From positions 1 to 40,063 of the IMG/VR virus record IMGVR_UViG_3300020043_005067: DNA of 40,063 bases; one strand, given 5' to 3'. The notes below the pieces were generated by a model. The model was not told where the DNA came from, made no database searches, and saw only the letters and a list, made by a program, of their open reading frames with translations. This DNA comes from a virus (Duplodnaviria; Caudoviricetes). The translations under genes were made by a program, and so were the position numbers. Of this stretch, positions 16,671 to 26,950 are shown piece after piece. Each line of letters opens with the position of its first letter. Within the stretch, counting starts at the first letter, position 1.

Positions 16671-17188
16671 TACTACTGCAAACATTGAAAGAAACATTTA
16701 ACTCCACGCCACTGATTCAACAGTATGGCTTTGGTGATAAATACTTCCTGAATAACGTTGACAGGCAGACAGGATTAACTACTGATGCCTTGTACCCTTT
16801 GTTATGGGTGCATTCCATCGGCATGGAATCGTACTACAATGAGTATGCAGAACGCAAAAACGAATATTCAGTGCTGGCAGTTATCGGAAAGGGATTACCG
16901 AAAGGATTGGATGCAAGTAAAGAAGAAATTGAAGATGCAATAAAAACCTGTTGGACGTGCATGGTGCAGTTCGAACAACGATTGCAGCATCATGAAACGA
17001 TACAACCCGACCATGTAATCCGGTTTAAAGCAAACCCATTTATTCATGACTTGGATCTGAATCTCTTTGGATGGGCTTTCACCTTCACAGTTAAATTGAT
17101 TGAAGCCGTACCGACTGACTGCGATCCTGTTCCAACGGAGGCAGATTATATAAGTACAGGATATGCACAATCAGGATATGTTGAATAA
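16667..17188 (+). CDS. putative tail completion/terminator protein
   Basis: YPLLWV...GWAFTFTV pattern, size and structural context. Confidence 0.55.
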   Translation: MILLQTLKETFNSTPLIQQYGFGDKYFLNNVDRQTGLTTDALYPLLWVHSIGMESYYNEYAERKNEYSVLAVIGKGLPKGLDASKEEIEDAIKTCWTCMVQFEQRLQHHETIQPDHVIRFKANPFIHDLDLNLFGWAFTFTVKLIEAVPTDCDPVPTEADYISTGYAQSGYVE

Positions 17189-17202
17189 ATAAAATAATAT
17201 AT

Positions 17203-17466
17203 ATGATCAGGAAACCATATTCAAGACGTGAAAAGAAATTATTACAGGAACTTCAAAGAGCAAATAAGGCAGTGCAGGATCAGGTAGTTTATTCAGGAAA
17301 GTTGCTTCATGAGATTGCAGAGATTAACAAAATTAAGGATGAACAAAAGTCGGTAATTGAAAAACTTAGTGAAGAAAGTGAACTATATAGGGAGAATTTT
17401 GAAGATAAGGCAGACAGGGTTACCGATCTTGAAACAGCATTGAAAGTGGTAATAGCATTAAAGTAA
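17203..17466 (+). CDS. coiled-coil hypothetical protein
   Basis: Heptad pattern. Confidence 0.6.
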   Translation: MIRKPYSRREKKLLQELQRANKAVQDQVVYSGKLLHEIAEINKIKDEQKSVIEKLSEESELYRENFEDKADRVTDLETALKVVIALK

Positions 17467-17924
17467 TGGCAGAGGTAACAAATAAGGACGTTATACGTGA
17501 TTTCCTGACTGACAGGCGGCTCACTATCGTTTCACTGATGGATCAGATGGATGTGAACGCAACAGGAAAGACTATGCAGTCCTTACGTGTGGATGCACAG
17601 GATGAAGCCGGTCAACTGTACGGTGCAAGGGCTTTCAATCTCAACAGTGATGGGAAGGTATCACTGGAATACGGTTCGCCTGCAGGAACATTAGTGCCGA
17701 TTGCAGATTTACAGGAATGGGCTACAGCAAGAGGTTATAAAGGCGATGTGTTTGACCTGCAAACCAGAATCTTTGAGCGTGGAACAGTAACAGTTAATGA
17801 TGATTACCCGCGATTAATCCTGCAGAAAGCATTCAACAAATCAGGAGTGGAACAATTAGTGAAAGGAATCAGCAGGGTAAACATTCAATCAGTGAGTAGT
17901 GAAATATTAACGATGTTTAAGTGA
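17466..17924 (+). CDS. putative neck/tail completion protein (HK97 gp10-like)
   Basis: ATGKTMQSL...LEYG..AG...L.EWA..RG...I..RGT. Confidence 0.6.
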   Translation: MAEVTNKDVIRDFLTDRRLTIVSLMDQMDVNATGKTMQSLRVDAQDEAGQLYGARAFNLNSDGKVSLEYGSPAGTLVPIADLQEWATARGYKGDVFDLQTRIFERGTVTVNDDYPRLILQKAFNKSGVEQLVKGISRVNIQSVSSEILTMFK

Positions 17925-18034
17925 TGACAAACTGGAAAGACTACCAACCTGACAAAGTTTTTGTTGCTGTATTGGTGATAGGATTCCTGATTATGGTTTA
18001 CAGATTCATTAAAGACTTTATTAAAGATAAATAA
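17924..18034 (+). CDS. 36-aa single-TM peptide
   Basis: Read by hand: MTNWKDYQPDKVFVAVLVIGFLIMVYRFIKDFIKDK*; TGATG overlap. Confidence 0.5.
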   Translation: MTNWKDYQPDKVFVAVLVIGFLIMVYRFIKDFIKDK

Positions 18035-18036
18035 AA

Positions 18037-19557
18037 ATGCCTATATCAATCGACATAAGACCTGAACTTGATTTCATGGGAAACGGTTTACTCCGTAGTA
18101 AGTGGAACTGTTCACAAATGACTGTTCTGTTCCATCTGCAAAGGATGGATCACATCATTAATACAATTACCGGTAATGGAAATCCTGATGAAATAGTTAT
18201 TACCACTGCTGACATTGCCTTCAATCCATCATTAACAACAGGTGATACTATCTACGTGAATTCACGGGGTTACGTTGGTGTTGCGGAAGTGCTATCAATA
18301 ACAGGCGGCTCAGGAAGTGATTATGTTATTACTGCCGAAGGTTTAACTTTCATTGGAAATATTGCAGGTGGTTATTTTAATCTTAATACAAGAGTCAACT
18401 ATTTTGTAACTGTTGAGGTGTACGGATATAATCATGCAACAGGAATATATGAGGTGTTCGGATCACAACGTATTGCACCGGATTCAGCAGGACTTGGAAT
18501 TGCTGATGTTTCCAGAATGCTTAATAAATATATAAAGTTTGAAGCTGATTTATTAGGTGTTCGTAATGAGTTAAACATCAATGCAGGATCGAAGTTCTAT
18601 ATAAAGCATACTGAAAACTGGATTGGAAGCAGCGAAACGGCTGTATCTGACTCAGCAAATGAATATTATTTCCTTCCTGCAGTAAAGCAGATTGGTGAAG
18701 AATACGGAAGTAATGTTGCTGAATACGTACCATTTGCTGTTGATACGGCAGGAAACCCTAAAGCAAACTGGCTTACGGACTTCGAACGTCCTTCATGGTT
18801 TGTCGGGCATGATGTTGATTTCTCCATAATCAAATCTGATTCCCTAGATGGTCATACCATGACACTGGAACAGGAATATCAGAACGGATTAGAAGATGAT
18901 ATTGGTACTGCCGATGCTGATCTGGATATACTTCAGGGCGTTGGAGTGCATCGTATTTCTCCAATTGGCGCATTATCAGCTGATGATCCACTGGTATCAG
19001 GAACTAAATTTATTGATCTGTGGATTGAGGTAGACGGCATTAGCCAAAGTAGATATGTGCAGGAAGATTATGTTGCTGATGATTATGCTGAAGCCTTGCC
19101 ACCGTCCGTATCGCCATTAACACCGTACAGAGTTACCAATAAGCTAAAGGTAAAAGTAAAACAGCCGTGCGATGGTGCGCTATTCCGATGGGTTAATTCA
19201 AAGGGCGGCTGGGATCGTTGGGTATTTTCTCCAAAGCAGTTTAATGGTGTGGAAGTAGAAAATATCGGAAGCAGAAATGTATATAACAGTGATTCGTCCG
19301 TTGCTTTTTCTGTTAATGAGATAATCGGTAAAGCATCACGCCAACCTGTAAAAGTGTTTACAAAGATTGAACAGGATGATGTTTCCGGTTTTGTTTCTCT
19401 TTTTGAATCTGCCTGTGTTCAGATTTACAATACCACGTTAAGCCAGTACCAGACAGTGGAACTAATGACAAAAGGATTTCAGTATAATAATCAGCAGTCG
19501 TTAATTCCTGTTGAATTAGTATTCACTATGCCAGAACGTAACACGGTTAAGAGATGA
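18037..19557 (+). CDS. tail structural protein (distal-tail-like)
   Basis: Beta-rich acidic protein; C-terminal RWVNSKGGWDRWVF motif typical of Bacteroidota siphovirus tail proteins. Confidence 0.7.
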   Translation: MPISIDIRPELDFMGNGLLRSKWNCSQMTVLFHLQRMDHIINTITGNGNPDEIVITTADIAFNPSLTTGDTIYVNSRGYVGVAEVLSITGGSGSDYVITAEGLTFIGNIAGGYFNLNTRVNYFVTVEVYGYNHATGIYEVFGSQRIAPDSAGLGIADVSRMLNKYIKFEADLLGVRNELNINAGSKFYIKHTENWIGSSETAVSDSANEYYFLPAVKQIGEEYGSNVAEYVPFAVDTAGNPKANWLTDFERPSWFVGHDVDFSIIKSDSLDGHTMTLEQEYQNGLEDDIGTADADLDILQGVGVHRISPIGALSADDPLVSGTKFIDLWIEVDGISQSRYVQEDYVADDYAEALPPSVSPLTPYRVTNKLKVKVKQPCDGALFRWVNSKGGWDRWVFSPKQFNGVEVENIGSRNVYNSDSSVAFSVNEIIGKASRQPVKVFTKIEQDDVSGFVSLFESACVQIYNTTLSQYQTVELMTKGFQYNNQQSLIPVELVFTMPERNTVKR

Positions 19558-19823
19558 TAGTGTACGAGCCAAAAAGAGAAATGATAGTACACCATCCTTT
19601 AAAAAGAGGTCGAGTAAAGTCATTTGTAGATATTAAGAATACAACACAATCGGAAAGGTGTGTTTTATTCCTACACTTTCAGCTTCATGATAGTGTAGCG
19701 ATGATATACATTAAAACGAAATGCCCAACCAAAGAAATCAAAAGAGTTATTGATACATACGGAGATTCATATTGTCAGGCACTTGAATTAAGTATTAAAA
19801 ATAAAACAAAGCTATTCAGATGA
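19554..19823 (+). CDS. hypothetical basic protein inserted in tail module
   Basis: ATGA overlaps on both sides. Confidence 0.55.
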   Translation: MIVYEPKREMIVHHPLKRGRVKSFVDIKNTTQSERCVLFLHFQLHDSVAMIYIKTKCPTKEIKRVIDTYGDSYCQALELSIKNKTKLFR

Positions 19824-21742
19824 GCCAACCCCTACTATTTGTTAATGATAAGTTAGTGGATTTAGATCCTGCCTTTAAGGTAGCAATAAATTTTCAGTTG
19901 AATGAAATTGCAGACATTAAAGGAAGGCGAACTGTAGGCACTAACAGATTTTACGGTTTGTTGACTAACAACAACAAATTCATATTTGAACACGCGGAAA
20001 TGGTGCAAACCACATCCAGACTTCACAGGAACAGAATTAACGCAAGACTAATAACGGGCGGCACAACTTACACCGGATTCGTTATTGTTGACGAAGTAGA
20101 CGAAAAAGGTTATTCGTTGCAATTCCTTTCAGGTAATGCAGAACTTTTTAAAGCGATTGAAGGCAAAAAAATATCTGATTTAGATTTAACCAGTTTCAAC
20201 AGGGAGTGGAATAGGGTAGAGATGAGTAATGTTTACAGCAGCTTCACAAGTCCGACTTTTCACATAGTAGATAATGGTTATCTTTCAGAAAGTTCCAGAA
20301 GTGTAGATGTAAGGAAACAATATTACTCTGTTTATGTTTACACTATCTTTGAAAAGATATTGACAGAAGCAGGATTTACATTCTACGGATCGTTATTTAG
20401 CGACCCTCGTTATTTGCGTTCTGCAATACCATTTACCAACGATAAGCCAATACACACGAATGAATGGCTTTTACAACCTTTATGCAAAGTAAATATTAAG
20501 CCTGATTTATTTTCTGTAACACTTGGAACACCACTAACAACAGAATCGTTTTACATGGGATTCGACAACGATAGTACTGGCGGTTTTTATGATAAGAGTA
20601 ACGAAGTAACACTTGGACCATTAGTAGTTGATACTGTTAACCCACCTGCAGCATATTGGAAGACGCGCCGGGCAATTAACATTGAAATAAAAAGTACAAT
20701 GGTAATTACCGTTTATAACTTTAACGGATCATTATCATATTTACGTATCAATGTAGGTGGCGATGAGTACATACATAGTGCAGGAAATGGAACATTTACA
20801 ATAAACTTTTTATCACAGTTAGGTCGTGCAGTAGATGGCACTGTTACCGCTTCACTATCTATTACTAATTGTCAGGTACAAGTATCCGGTTTTGTGCAAA
20901 TTGATCCGATAGATGTACCATCAGACACAACAATTTATTTTGGTGAGTTATGGGAATTCCCGATCAACTTACCTGATATTACTCAGGCAGATTTTTTAAA
21001 GGCTATTTTGCAAATGACTGGTTCCATCATTGAAACGGACGGTTTAGATTTAAGTGTAAGAATTGAAACCTATAAGACAATGACAAATGAAGCGGCAAAG
21101 CAAAGAGCCGTTAATATTGATCAGTTTATTGATCACAGTGTTAAGCCAAAAAACGAAATACACCCAACCGGATATTTTCAAAAAACATGGTTTAGATATT
21201 TATCGGATGAAAATGTACGTTCAGAATATGGTGATTATTATTTAAGTATTAACGATAACACGTTGCCAGCATCAGGAACAGCATTAACACTTCCTTTTGC
21301 AGCTTCTGAGTTTTCTACTGCAATGAGCGATTTAAATATGGCAGCAGTGTTAAGAGTAAAAAACGGGAATGACATTGTACCAAAACCGCGAATATTATAT
21401 AGGGCAAATATTGAAAATGTAACATCAAATCCAATTTTATTAACAGATGGATCAAACACCTTCACAAAATTAGCATTTAGCAAATTTACCTTCAATGATC
21501 CTTTTGAGAATGTAAGCCTTGACTGGAAACATTTACTCTTTGATTGTTATTCTGAACTTAATGCAGCCCTAAACGATTTTAATAAAATAACACCCCGTTT
21601 CTATTTCTCTACAAACTTCATTAATCAGATGGACTTATTCGATCCGGTTTTTAGTCAGTACTTCAATAGTTACTTTATGATTAATAAGGTAGAAAATTAT
21701 GTTGACGACTTACCTTGTAAAGCAGAACTAATAAAGCTATAA
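19820..21742 (+). CDS. tail tip / baseplate hub-like protein
   Basis: L..N...VDL..., NLPDITQADFLK, YFMINKV..Y...KAELIKL architecture; upstream of tape measure. Confidence 0.7.
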   Translation: MSQPLLFVNDKLVDLDPAFKVAINFQLNEIADIKGRRTVGTNRFYGLLTNNNKFIFEHAEMVQTTSRLHRNRINARLITGGTTYTGFVIVDEVDEKGYSLQFLSGNAELFKAIEGKKISDLDLTSFNREWNRVEMSNVYSSFTSPTFHIVDNGYLSESSRSVDVRKQYYSVYVYTIFEKILTEAGFTFYGSLFSDPRYLRSAIPFTNDKPIHTNEWLLQPLCKVNIKPDLFSVTLGTPLTTESFYMGFDNDSTGGFYDKSNEVTLGPLVVDTVNPPAAYWKTRRAINIEIKSTMVITVYNFNGSLSYLRINVGGDEYIHSAGNGTFTINFLSQLGRAVDGTVTASLSITNCQVQVSGFVQIDPIDVPSDTTIYFGELWEFPINLPDITQADFLKAILQMTGSIIETDGLDLSVRIETYKTMTNEAAKQRAVNIDQFIDHSVKPKNEIHPTGYFQKTWFRYLSDENVRSEYGDYYLSINDNTLPASGTALTLPFAASEFSTAMSDLNMAAVLRVKNGNDIVPKPRILYRANIENVTSNPILLTDGSNTFTKLAFSKFTFNDPFENVSLDWKHLLFDCYSELNAALNDFNKITPRFYFSTNFINQMDLFDPVFSQYFNSYFMINKVENYVDDLPCKAELIKL

Positions 21743-21787
21743 TAAGGACATAACCAGACCTACCTAAAACCCTATATATAAAACACA

Positions 21788-24700
21788 ATGGCAGATAATA
21801 CAGAAAAGGTAATACTCGATGTCAGGATTGACTATGCAACCCTTGCAAAGCAGTTAGATGCAACGCAAGATAAAATTAACGAGCTTGTAGTCGAACAAAA
21901 AAAACTGAATCAGGCTTTTAGTGATGCGAAGTCAACAGGTAATGTTGCTGAGATGGAGCGGCTTTCTGCTGCCTTGTTTAAGAACAAATCAGAAACAAAA
22001 GCACTTCAACAGGAGCAGAAGAATCTGGAAATACAGGGAAAGACACTTGCACAGGCTGCCGATGCCGAAAAAGGAAGCTACGAAGAACTGTTCCGCATTC
22101 AGAAGTTACGGGAAATACAATTAAAAACGCTTGGTGAACAGTTGCAGGTGAACTCAAAAGGCGAATTAGAATTAACTGATGAATATAAAAAACAATCAGC
22201 TGAAGTATTGAAGGGTAAAGAAGCATTATTACAATTCAATGCAGGTATTAAAGATGGCAGATTGAATGTAGGAAATTATGCTGATGGATTTGAAAAGGCG
22301 ATTGAAAAAACGGGATTATTCAGAGGCTCATTAGGTGATTTGAAAGGCATATTGGAACAATCCAAAGCCGGTTATGAAGCAGTAAAACAAGGGGCTTCGC
22401 TTGTTGTGGAAGGATTTGAAAATGCTGGCAAGGCAACGAAAGCATTTGTTGTTAATGTAGGTGAGTCGGTTGGCATAATTAATTCATTCAGTACAACTAA
22501 TGGTGATTTATCGGGTAACATTACACAAACTGCCGAATCGTTAGGTGATGCAGCAAAGGAAGCGGAAAACTTAGGAACAGCAGGAAAAGCAGCAGGAACA
22601 GCACTGGAAACAGGAGGGAAGGCAGGAGCCGGAGCAATGAATCTTCTGAAAGTTGCTATTGCATCCACCGGAATCGGATTGCTGTTAATTGCTGCAGGTG
22701 CATTATTCGCATTCTTTAAAAAGAATGAAGCAGCAGCAGAACTTTTGGAACGTGTATTTGCTGGGCTGGGTGCTGTTGTTGATGTTTTAGTGGATGGATT
22801 TGTAAACGTTGGTAAAGCTATTTTTAATTTCCGTGATACCATGACAAAGGTTGGGGACTTCATAAAGAATCAGCTTATTAATCGCTTCACGGGACTTCTG
22901 GATATATTAACCGGCATTGCAACACTGGATTTCTCAAAGGCAGGTGAAGGGCTGTTAAAATTAAATACAGGCTTTACTTCTGATCAGATTAAGGAAGGCG
23001 CGAAAGCGATAGGAGAATATAAGGATAAACTTGTTGAAGCAGCCCGCGAAGCATCAGCACTGAAAGCACGGGAGCAGGAACTGGAAGATAGTATAAGGAA
23101 TCAGTCAATCGCTTATAACAATCAGAAGAATCGTATTACTGAAATCCAACGATTGCTGAAAGATAAAAACATTACTGAGAAAGAACGTATAGCATTAGGA
23201 AAAGAAGCGATTGCCATACAGGAGAATTTAAGCCGTATTGATTTAGCTAATGCAAAGGAAGCGAAAGATATTGCAGTGGATAAGCTGTTAATTGGCAAGG
23301 AAATTTCTAAGGATGAAAAGGCAAGGCTTGCTGAATTACTTAAACTTTCCCGCGAAAGAACAAAAGCGGAAAACGATGAATTGCAAACCTTGCAGGACAA
23401 AGCCAATATCAGAGATTCCGAACTGGATTCTGTTATTGAAACAACGAATAAAGTAAATGACACTGTTGCACAAGGTAATGAAACACGTATCAGATTAGAA
23501 AAGGAGGTTAGGTCTGCCATACTTGCTGAACAAAAGAAATACATCACTGCATTAACCGGAATTCTGGATGATGAATTAAAGTTAAAGGAATTGCAGGGAG
23601 TAAAAGATTTCAACGCTCAACGAATCATTGCAACGAAACAACGTGATGCAGCATTATTGGAAGCAGAGTTAACAGCAAAGGAAAGAGAGAAGATTGAAAA
23701 AGATTTACAGGTTCGTCTTGCTGAAATTGATAAGGCGCAAGCTGATTTTAAGTTACAGTTACAGCAACAGACCGAAGATGCTTTATTAAACCGTCTTGTG
23801 GATGGCAAAGAGAAAGAAATTGCTATCGAATCACTGAATTTGCAACGTAAATTAGATGCAATTAAAGGTAATTCAGCAGAAGAATTGGCATTACGGGAGG
23901 CATTAATTGCTGAATCTGCCACAAAGATTGCAGAGATTGAAGCGAAATACACGAAAGAAGTTATCAATGATAACACTGATTTACAGTTACAGCAGCAGAA
24001 AGATGTATATAATGAAGAAGTAAATGCCTTGAAGATTGCACGTTCACAGCAATTATTGACTGAACAGGAGTTTCAAAGTCAAATGCAAGCCTTACGTGTT
24101 AAGGGATTGCAGAATCAGTTGAACACATTGTTATCTAATCAGGCTGCATTACAACAACAGGATCAAAAGCAGTATGATGATGAAGTGCAGCGTTTAAATA
24201 CGGCACTGGAAAATAAACAAATTACTCAGGAGCAGTATAACGAAGGATTGTCTGCCGCACAATTATCATTCTATGCAGCACAAGCTGAAACAGAAGTAAG
24301 TACTCAATCCGGCATCACTGAAACTATTAATGGCATAAAGCAATCACAGGTCGATTTTCAGGTAACAACAAATCAACAGTTACTTGATAACGAACAAAAG
24401 TTAAGTGATGAACGTTTTGCAATCCAACAGGCTTCATTATCATTTGCCGGAACAATCGTTACAGGCTTCAAAGATTTATTAGGGCAGGACGAACAGAATA
24501 AAAAGAAGTACGCTAAATTAATAAAGGCTCTTGCTATTGGTGAGGTGCAGATAAACTTATTGGCAGAACTTTCAGCAATTGCAAAGAATTCAGCATTAAA
24601 TCCACTTAATGGACCTACTGCCGGAGCCGCCGGTATTACACAATATTTAATTCAATCAGGCGCAGCAGTTGCACGTTCCATCTTTGCTACTGCTAAAATA

Positions 24701-25108
24701 TCGGCTCAGGAATTTGCGGACGGTGGCATCACTGTTCATGAAGCGCAAAGAAGATACAATGCTAAAGCAATCGGATCTTTTGCCGGTGGTGGTGCTGTAC
24801 GTTCGGCATCACTTGGATTAATTGGTGAAGCAGGTCCGGAATTCGTTGTGAACAATCCAACGTTAAATCATCCATATTATGCACCAATGGTAGATAGCAT
24901 GGAGCATTACAGACGTACAGGGCAAGTTATGCCTGTTTATGCTGATGGTGGTTTTACTGAAAGCCGTATCACATTACCAGTACAACAGGAAAGCCAGAGT
25001 GCGGAATTATTAGCAGCAGTGAAAGAAACGAAAACAGTTTTAGTTGTGGAACAATTGAACGCTGTTAGCGGCAACATGGTAGAAGCACAGGAACTACTTA
25101 GAATATAA
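21788..25108 (+). CDS. tail tape measure protein
   Basis: 1106 aa of coiled coil; NVGNY; ASTGIGLLLIA; C-terminal FADGG/FAGGG/GEAGPEFVV/YADGG. Confidence 0.92.
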   Translation: MADNTEKVILDVRIDYATLAKQLDATQDKINELVVEQKKLNQAFSDAKSTGNVAEMERLSAALFKNKSETKALQQEQKNLEIQGKTLAQAADAEKGSYEELFRIQKLREIQLKTLGEQLQVNSKGELELTDEYKKQSAEVLKGKEALLQFNAGIKDGRLNVGNYADGFEKAIEKTGLFRGSLGDLKGILEQSKAGYEAVKQGASLVVEGFENAGKATKAFVVNVGESVGIINSFSTTNGDLSGNITQTAESLGDAAKEAENLGTAGKAAGTALETGGKAGAGAMNLLKVAIASTGIGLLLIAAGALFAFFKKNEAAAELLERVFAGLGAVVDVLVDGFVNVGKAIFNFRDTMTKVGDFIKNQLINRFTGLLDILTGIATLDFSKAGEGLLKLNTGFTSDQIKEGAKAIGEYKDKLVEAAREASALKAREQELEDSIRNQSIAYNNQKNRITEIQRLLKDKNITEKERIALGKEAIAIQENLSRIDLANAKEAKDIAVDKLLIGKEISKDEKARLAELLKLSRERTKAENDELQTLQDKANIRDSELDSVIETTNKVNDTVAQGNETRIRLEKEVRSAILAEQKKYITALTGILDDELKLKELQGVKDFNAQRIIATKQRDAALLEAELTAKEREKIEKDLQVRLAEIDKAQADFKLQLQQQTEDALLNRLVDGKEKEIAIESLNLQRKLDAIKGNSAEELALREALIAESATKIAEIEAKYTKEVINDNTDLQLQQQKDVYNEEVNALKIARSQQLLTEQEFQSQMQALRVKGLQNQLNTLLSNQAALQQQDQKQYDDEVQRLNTALENKQITQEQYNEGLSAAQLSFYAAQAETEVSTQSGITETINGIKQSQVDFQVTTNQQLLDNEQKLSDERFAIQQASLSFAGTIVTGFKDLLGQDEQNKKKYAKLIKALAIGEVQINLLAELSAIAKNSALNPLNGPTAGAAGITQYLIQSGAAVARSIFATAKISAQEFADGGITVHEAQRRYNAKAIGSFAGGGAVRSASLGLIGEAGPEFVVNNPTLNHPYYAPMVDSMEHYRRTGQVMPVYADGGFTESRITLPVQQESQSAELLAAVKETKTVLVVEQLNAVSGNMVEAQELLRI

Positions 25109-25117
25109 ACCATATAT

Positions 25118-25369
25118 ATGATTCAAACAGTGGCAAAAACAAGTTTATTCTTTTTCCTTGACGACCTTAGTGTAAGAGGTAAGCTAAGTGAAGCAGTAAA
25201 GTGTAAGCATGTACCTTACCGTCATAAAAGACTGTATGAAATTTATATTGAGTACCTGAAAGAAACATCACGTTTCAAAACAAAAGTTCAGAAAGCCAAC
25301 GATGTTGCTGCACGTATGGGAACCTATCAACGTGAAGTTTACAGGGCTATTGAGTTGATGGAGAGTTAA
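25118..25369 (+). CDS. small HTH-like protein
   Basis: DVAARMGTYQREVYRAI. Confidence 0.6.
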   Translation: MIQTVAKTSLFFFLDDLSVRGKLSEAVKCKHVPYRHKRLYEIYIEYLKETSRFKTKVQKANDVAARMGTYQREVYRAIELMES

Positions 25370-25704
25370 GGGATTCTAACTGACATAATACAGTTGTCGT
25401 CAGGCTCAATAGCACCACTAATAAAAAAGCACAATTCATTTTTAGGGTGTTCTATTATTTTACAACCATTAACCATAATAGGGTTGTCAATATGAATTGA
25501 ATTATTATAATTTGTCGACAACCTATAAACAGAATTACAATAATATATTATATTTTCAATAAAATACTTTGGAGCAAGCACAATAATGTTTCTTGACGAT
25601 CTTAATTGAGGCGGTGTAGAGTAATAGCAATCTTGAAAAAAACTGTGGCACATTTCTGCCATCTCGGAATTAATCTTACTTAAAGTATCTTGTTCTTTTT
25701 CCAT
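25366..25704 (-). CDS. AT-rich moron-like hypothetical protein
   Basis: Fills the gap, has its own minus-strand TATATTTG at 25716-25709. Confidence 0.65.
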   Translation of the reverse strand: MEKEQDTLSKINSEMAEMCHSFFQDCYYSTPPQLRSSRNIIVLAPKYFIENIIYYCNSVYRLSTNYNNSIHIDNPIMVNGCKIIEHPKNELCFFISGAIEPDDNCIMSVRIP

Positions 25705-25708
25705 TCAA

Positions 25709-25770
25709 CAAATATATAAACTTTTGACAAAACCTTGTCAAATAACACCCTTTTTTCCTGATGAACTTTG
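25709..25770. promoter_or_regulatory. divergent promoter region with palindrome TTTGACAA-aacc-TTGTCAAA
   Basis: Perfect 8-4-8 inverted repeat at 25723-25742; GAACTTTG variant -7 box at 25763-25770 ahead of the head operon. Confidence 0.55.
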
Positions 25771-25776
25771 TCAGCG

Positions 25777-26928
25777 ATGGCAAAGGTTGTTCACAAGTCA
25801 TTTCCTGTATTTAAAAGTGTTGATGTTTCTAATGTTGACCGTGAGAATGGCATCATTAAGAACGTTGTCATTATTGAATCTGGCGTTGATAAGTACGGCG
25901 ACAATTTTGATGAAACCTTTTTGCGTTCAATGGAATCGCAGGGTAATAGTCAACCGATGGGTATTAAATCCCGTTTCGGCCATCCTTCAATGAGTAAAGA
26001 GGCTTTAGGCTCTTATCTGGGACGTTTCAAAAACTTTAATGTAGGAAGTGTTGACGGTAAGCAGGTTTTACTTGCTGATCTGTATTTGGATAAAACAGCC
26101 AAAGCATCACCAACGAACGGTAACATGTACGACTATGTTCTGGATATGGCTTCATCCAACGATGATATGTTCGGGAACAGTGTTGTTTTTATGGCAGATA
26201 AGGACGAAGTGAAAGTTGAAAAAGATATTGATGGCAATGATGTTAAAGTTCCATACATAAGACTGAAAACATTCATGGCATCAGATATAGTTGATTCTCC
26301 TGCTGCCACTACATCGCTTTTTAAGGATTACAACGAAGGAAATTTCGCAGCAAAGGCAACGGAATTCTTTGATGAAAACCCAGAGTTTGTAACACTACTG
26401 AAATCACACCCTGAAAAGGTAAAAGAATTTATAACAAAGTACGAAATATTCAAAGAAATGGCAGAAGAAAAATCCATCATAACTAAGCTGAAAGAATTAA
26501 TTGGCTTGGAAAAAGAAGTCACTGAAACGCCGGAAGTCATTACCGAAACACCGGAAGTTACTGTTGATAATACAGAAGTATTAACAAAGGAACTGAACGA
26601 CTTGAAAGAGTTGCACAAATCAGTAACCAGTGAACTGGAAAAAGTAAAATCAGAAAATGAAACTCTGGTAAAAGAAAATGCTGAAATCAAATCTACTGCT
26701 GAAAAGTTAGTTGCTGAAGTGGAAGCAAAAGAAGCTGACATTCTACAGGTGAAAAACATTCTGAAGGCTCACAAAAATACAGTAATCATACCTGCCGAAA
26801 ATAAAACTTTCGCTGTTCCTGCCTCTGAAGCTGCTTCCGAAACACCGGTTGCAGAAAAATCAAAGGAAGAAAAGAAAGCAGAGTTAATCGCAGCCCGTGA
26901 AGAAAGAGAAAAGAAAAACAAACGATAA
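25777..26928 (+). CDS. prohead protease-scaffold fusion
   Basis: Globular N-terminus (SRFGHP, GNSVV, DIVDSPAAT) plus Glu/Lys coiled-coil C-terminus; upstream of capsid gene. Confidence 0.7.
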   Translation: MAKVVHKSFPVFKSVDVSNVDRENGIIKNVVIIESGVDKYGDNFDETFLRSMESQGNSQPMGIKSRFGHPSMSKEALGSYLGRFKNFNVGSVDGKQVLLADLYLDKTAKASPTNGNMYDYVLDMASSNDDMFGNSVVFMADKDEVKVEKDIDGNDVKVPYIRLKTFMASDIVDSPAATTSLFKDYNEGNFAAKATEFFDENPEFVTLLKSHPEKVKEFITKYEIFKEMAEEKSIITKLKELIGLEKEVTETPEVITETPEVTVDNTEVLTKELNDLKELHKSVTSELEKVKSENETLVKENAEIKSTAEKLVAEVEAKEADILQVKNILKAHKNTVIIPAENKTFAVPASEAASETPVAEKSKEEKKAELIAAREEREKKNKR

Positions 26929-26950
26929 AATCAACAACCCTATTTATAAG

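Noticed and set aside
21921-23976. Several long alternative-frame and minus-strand ORFs within the tape measure gene
   Set aside because: Shadow ORFs of a biased coiled-coil coding strand; the same applies to most minus-strand ORFs in the track
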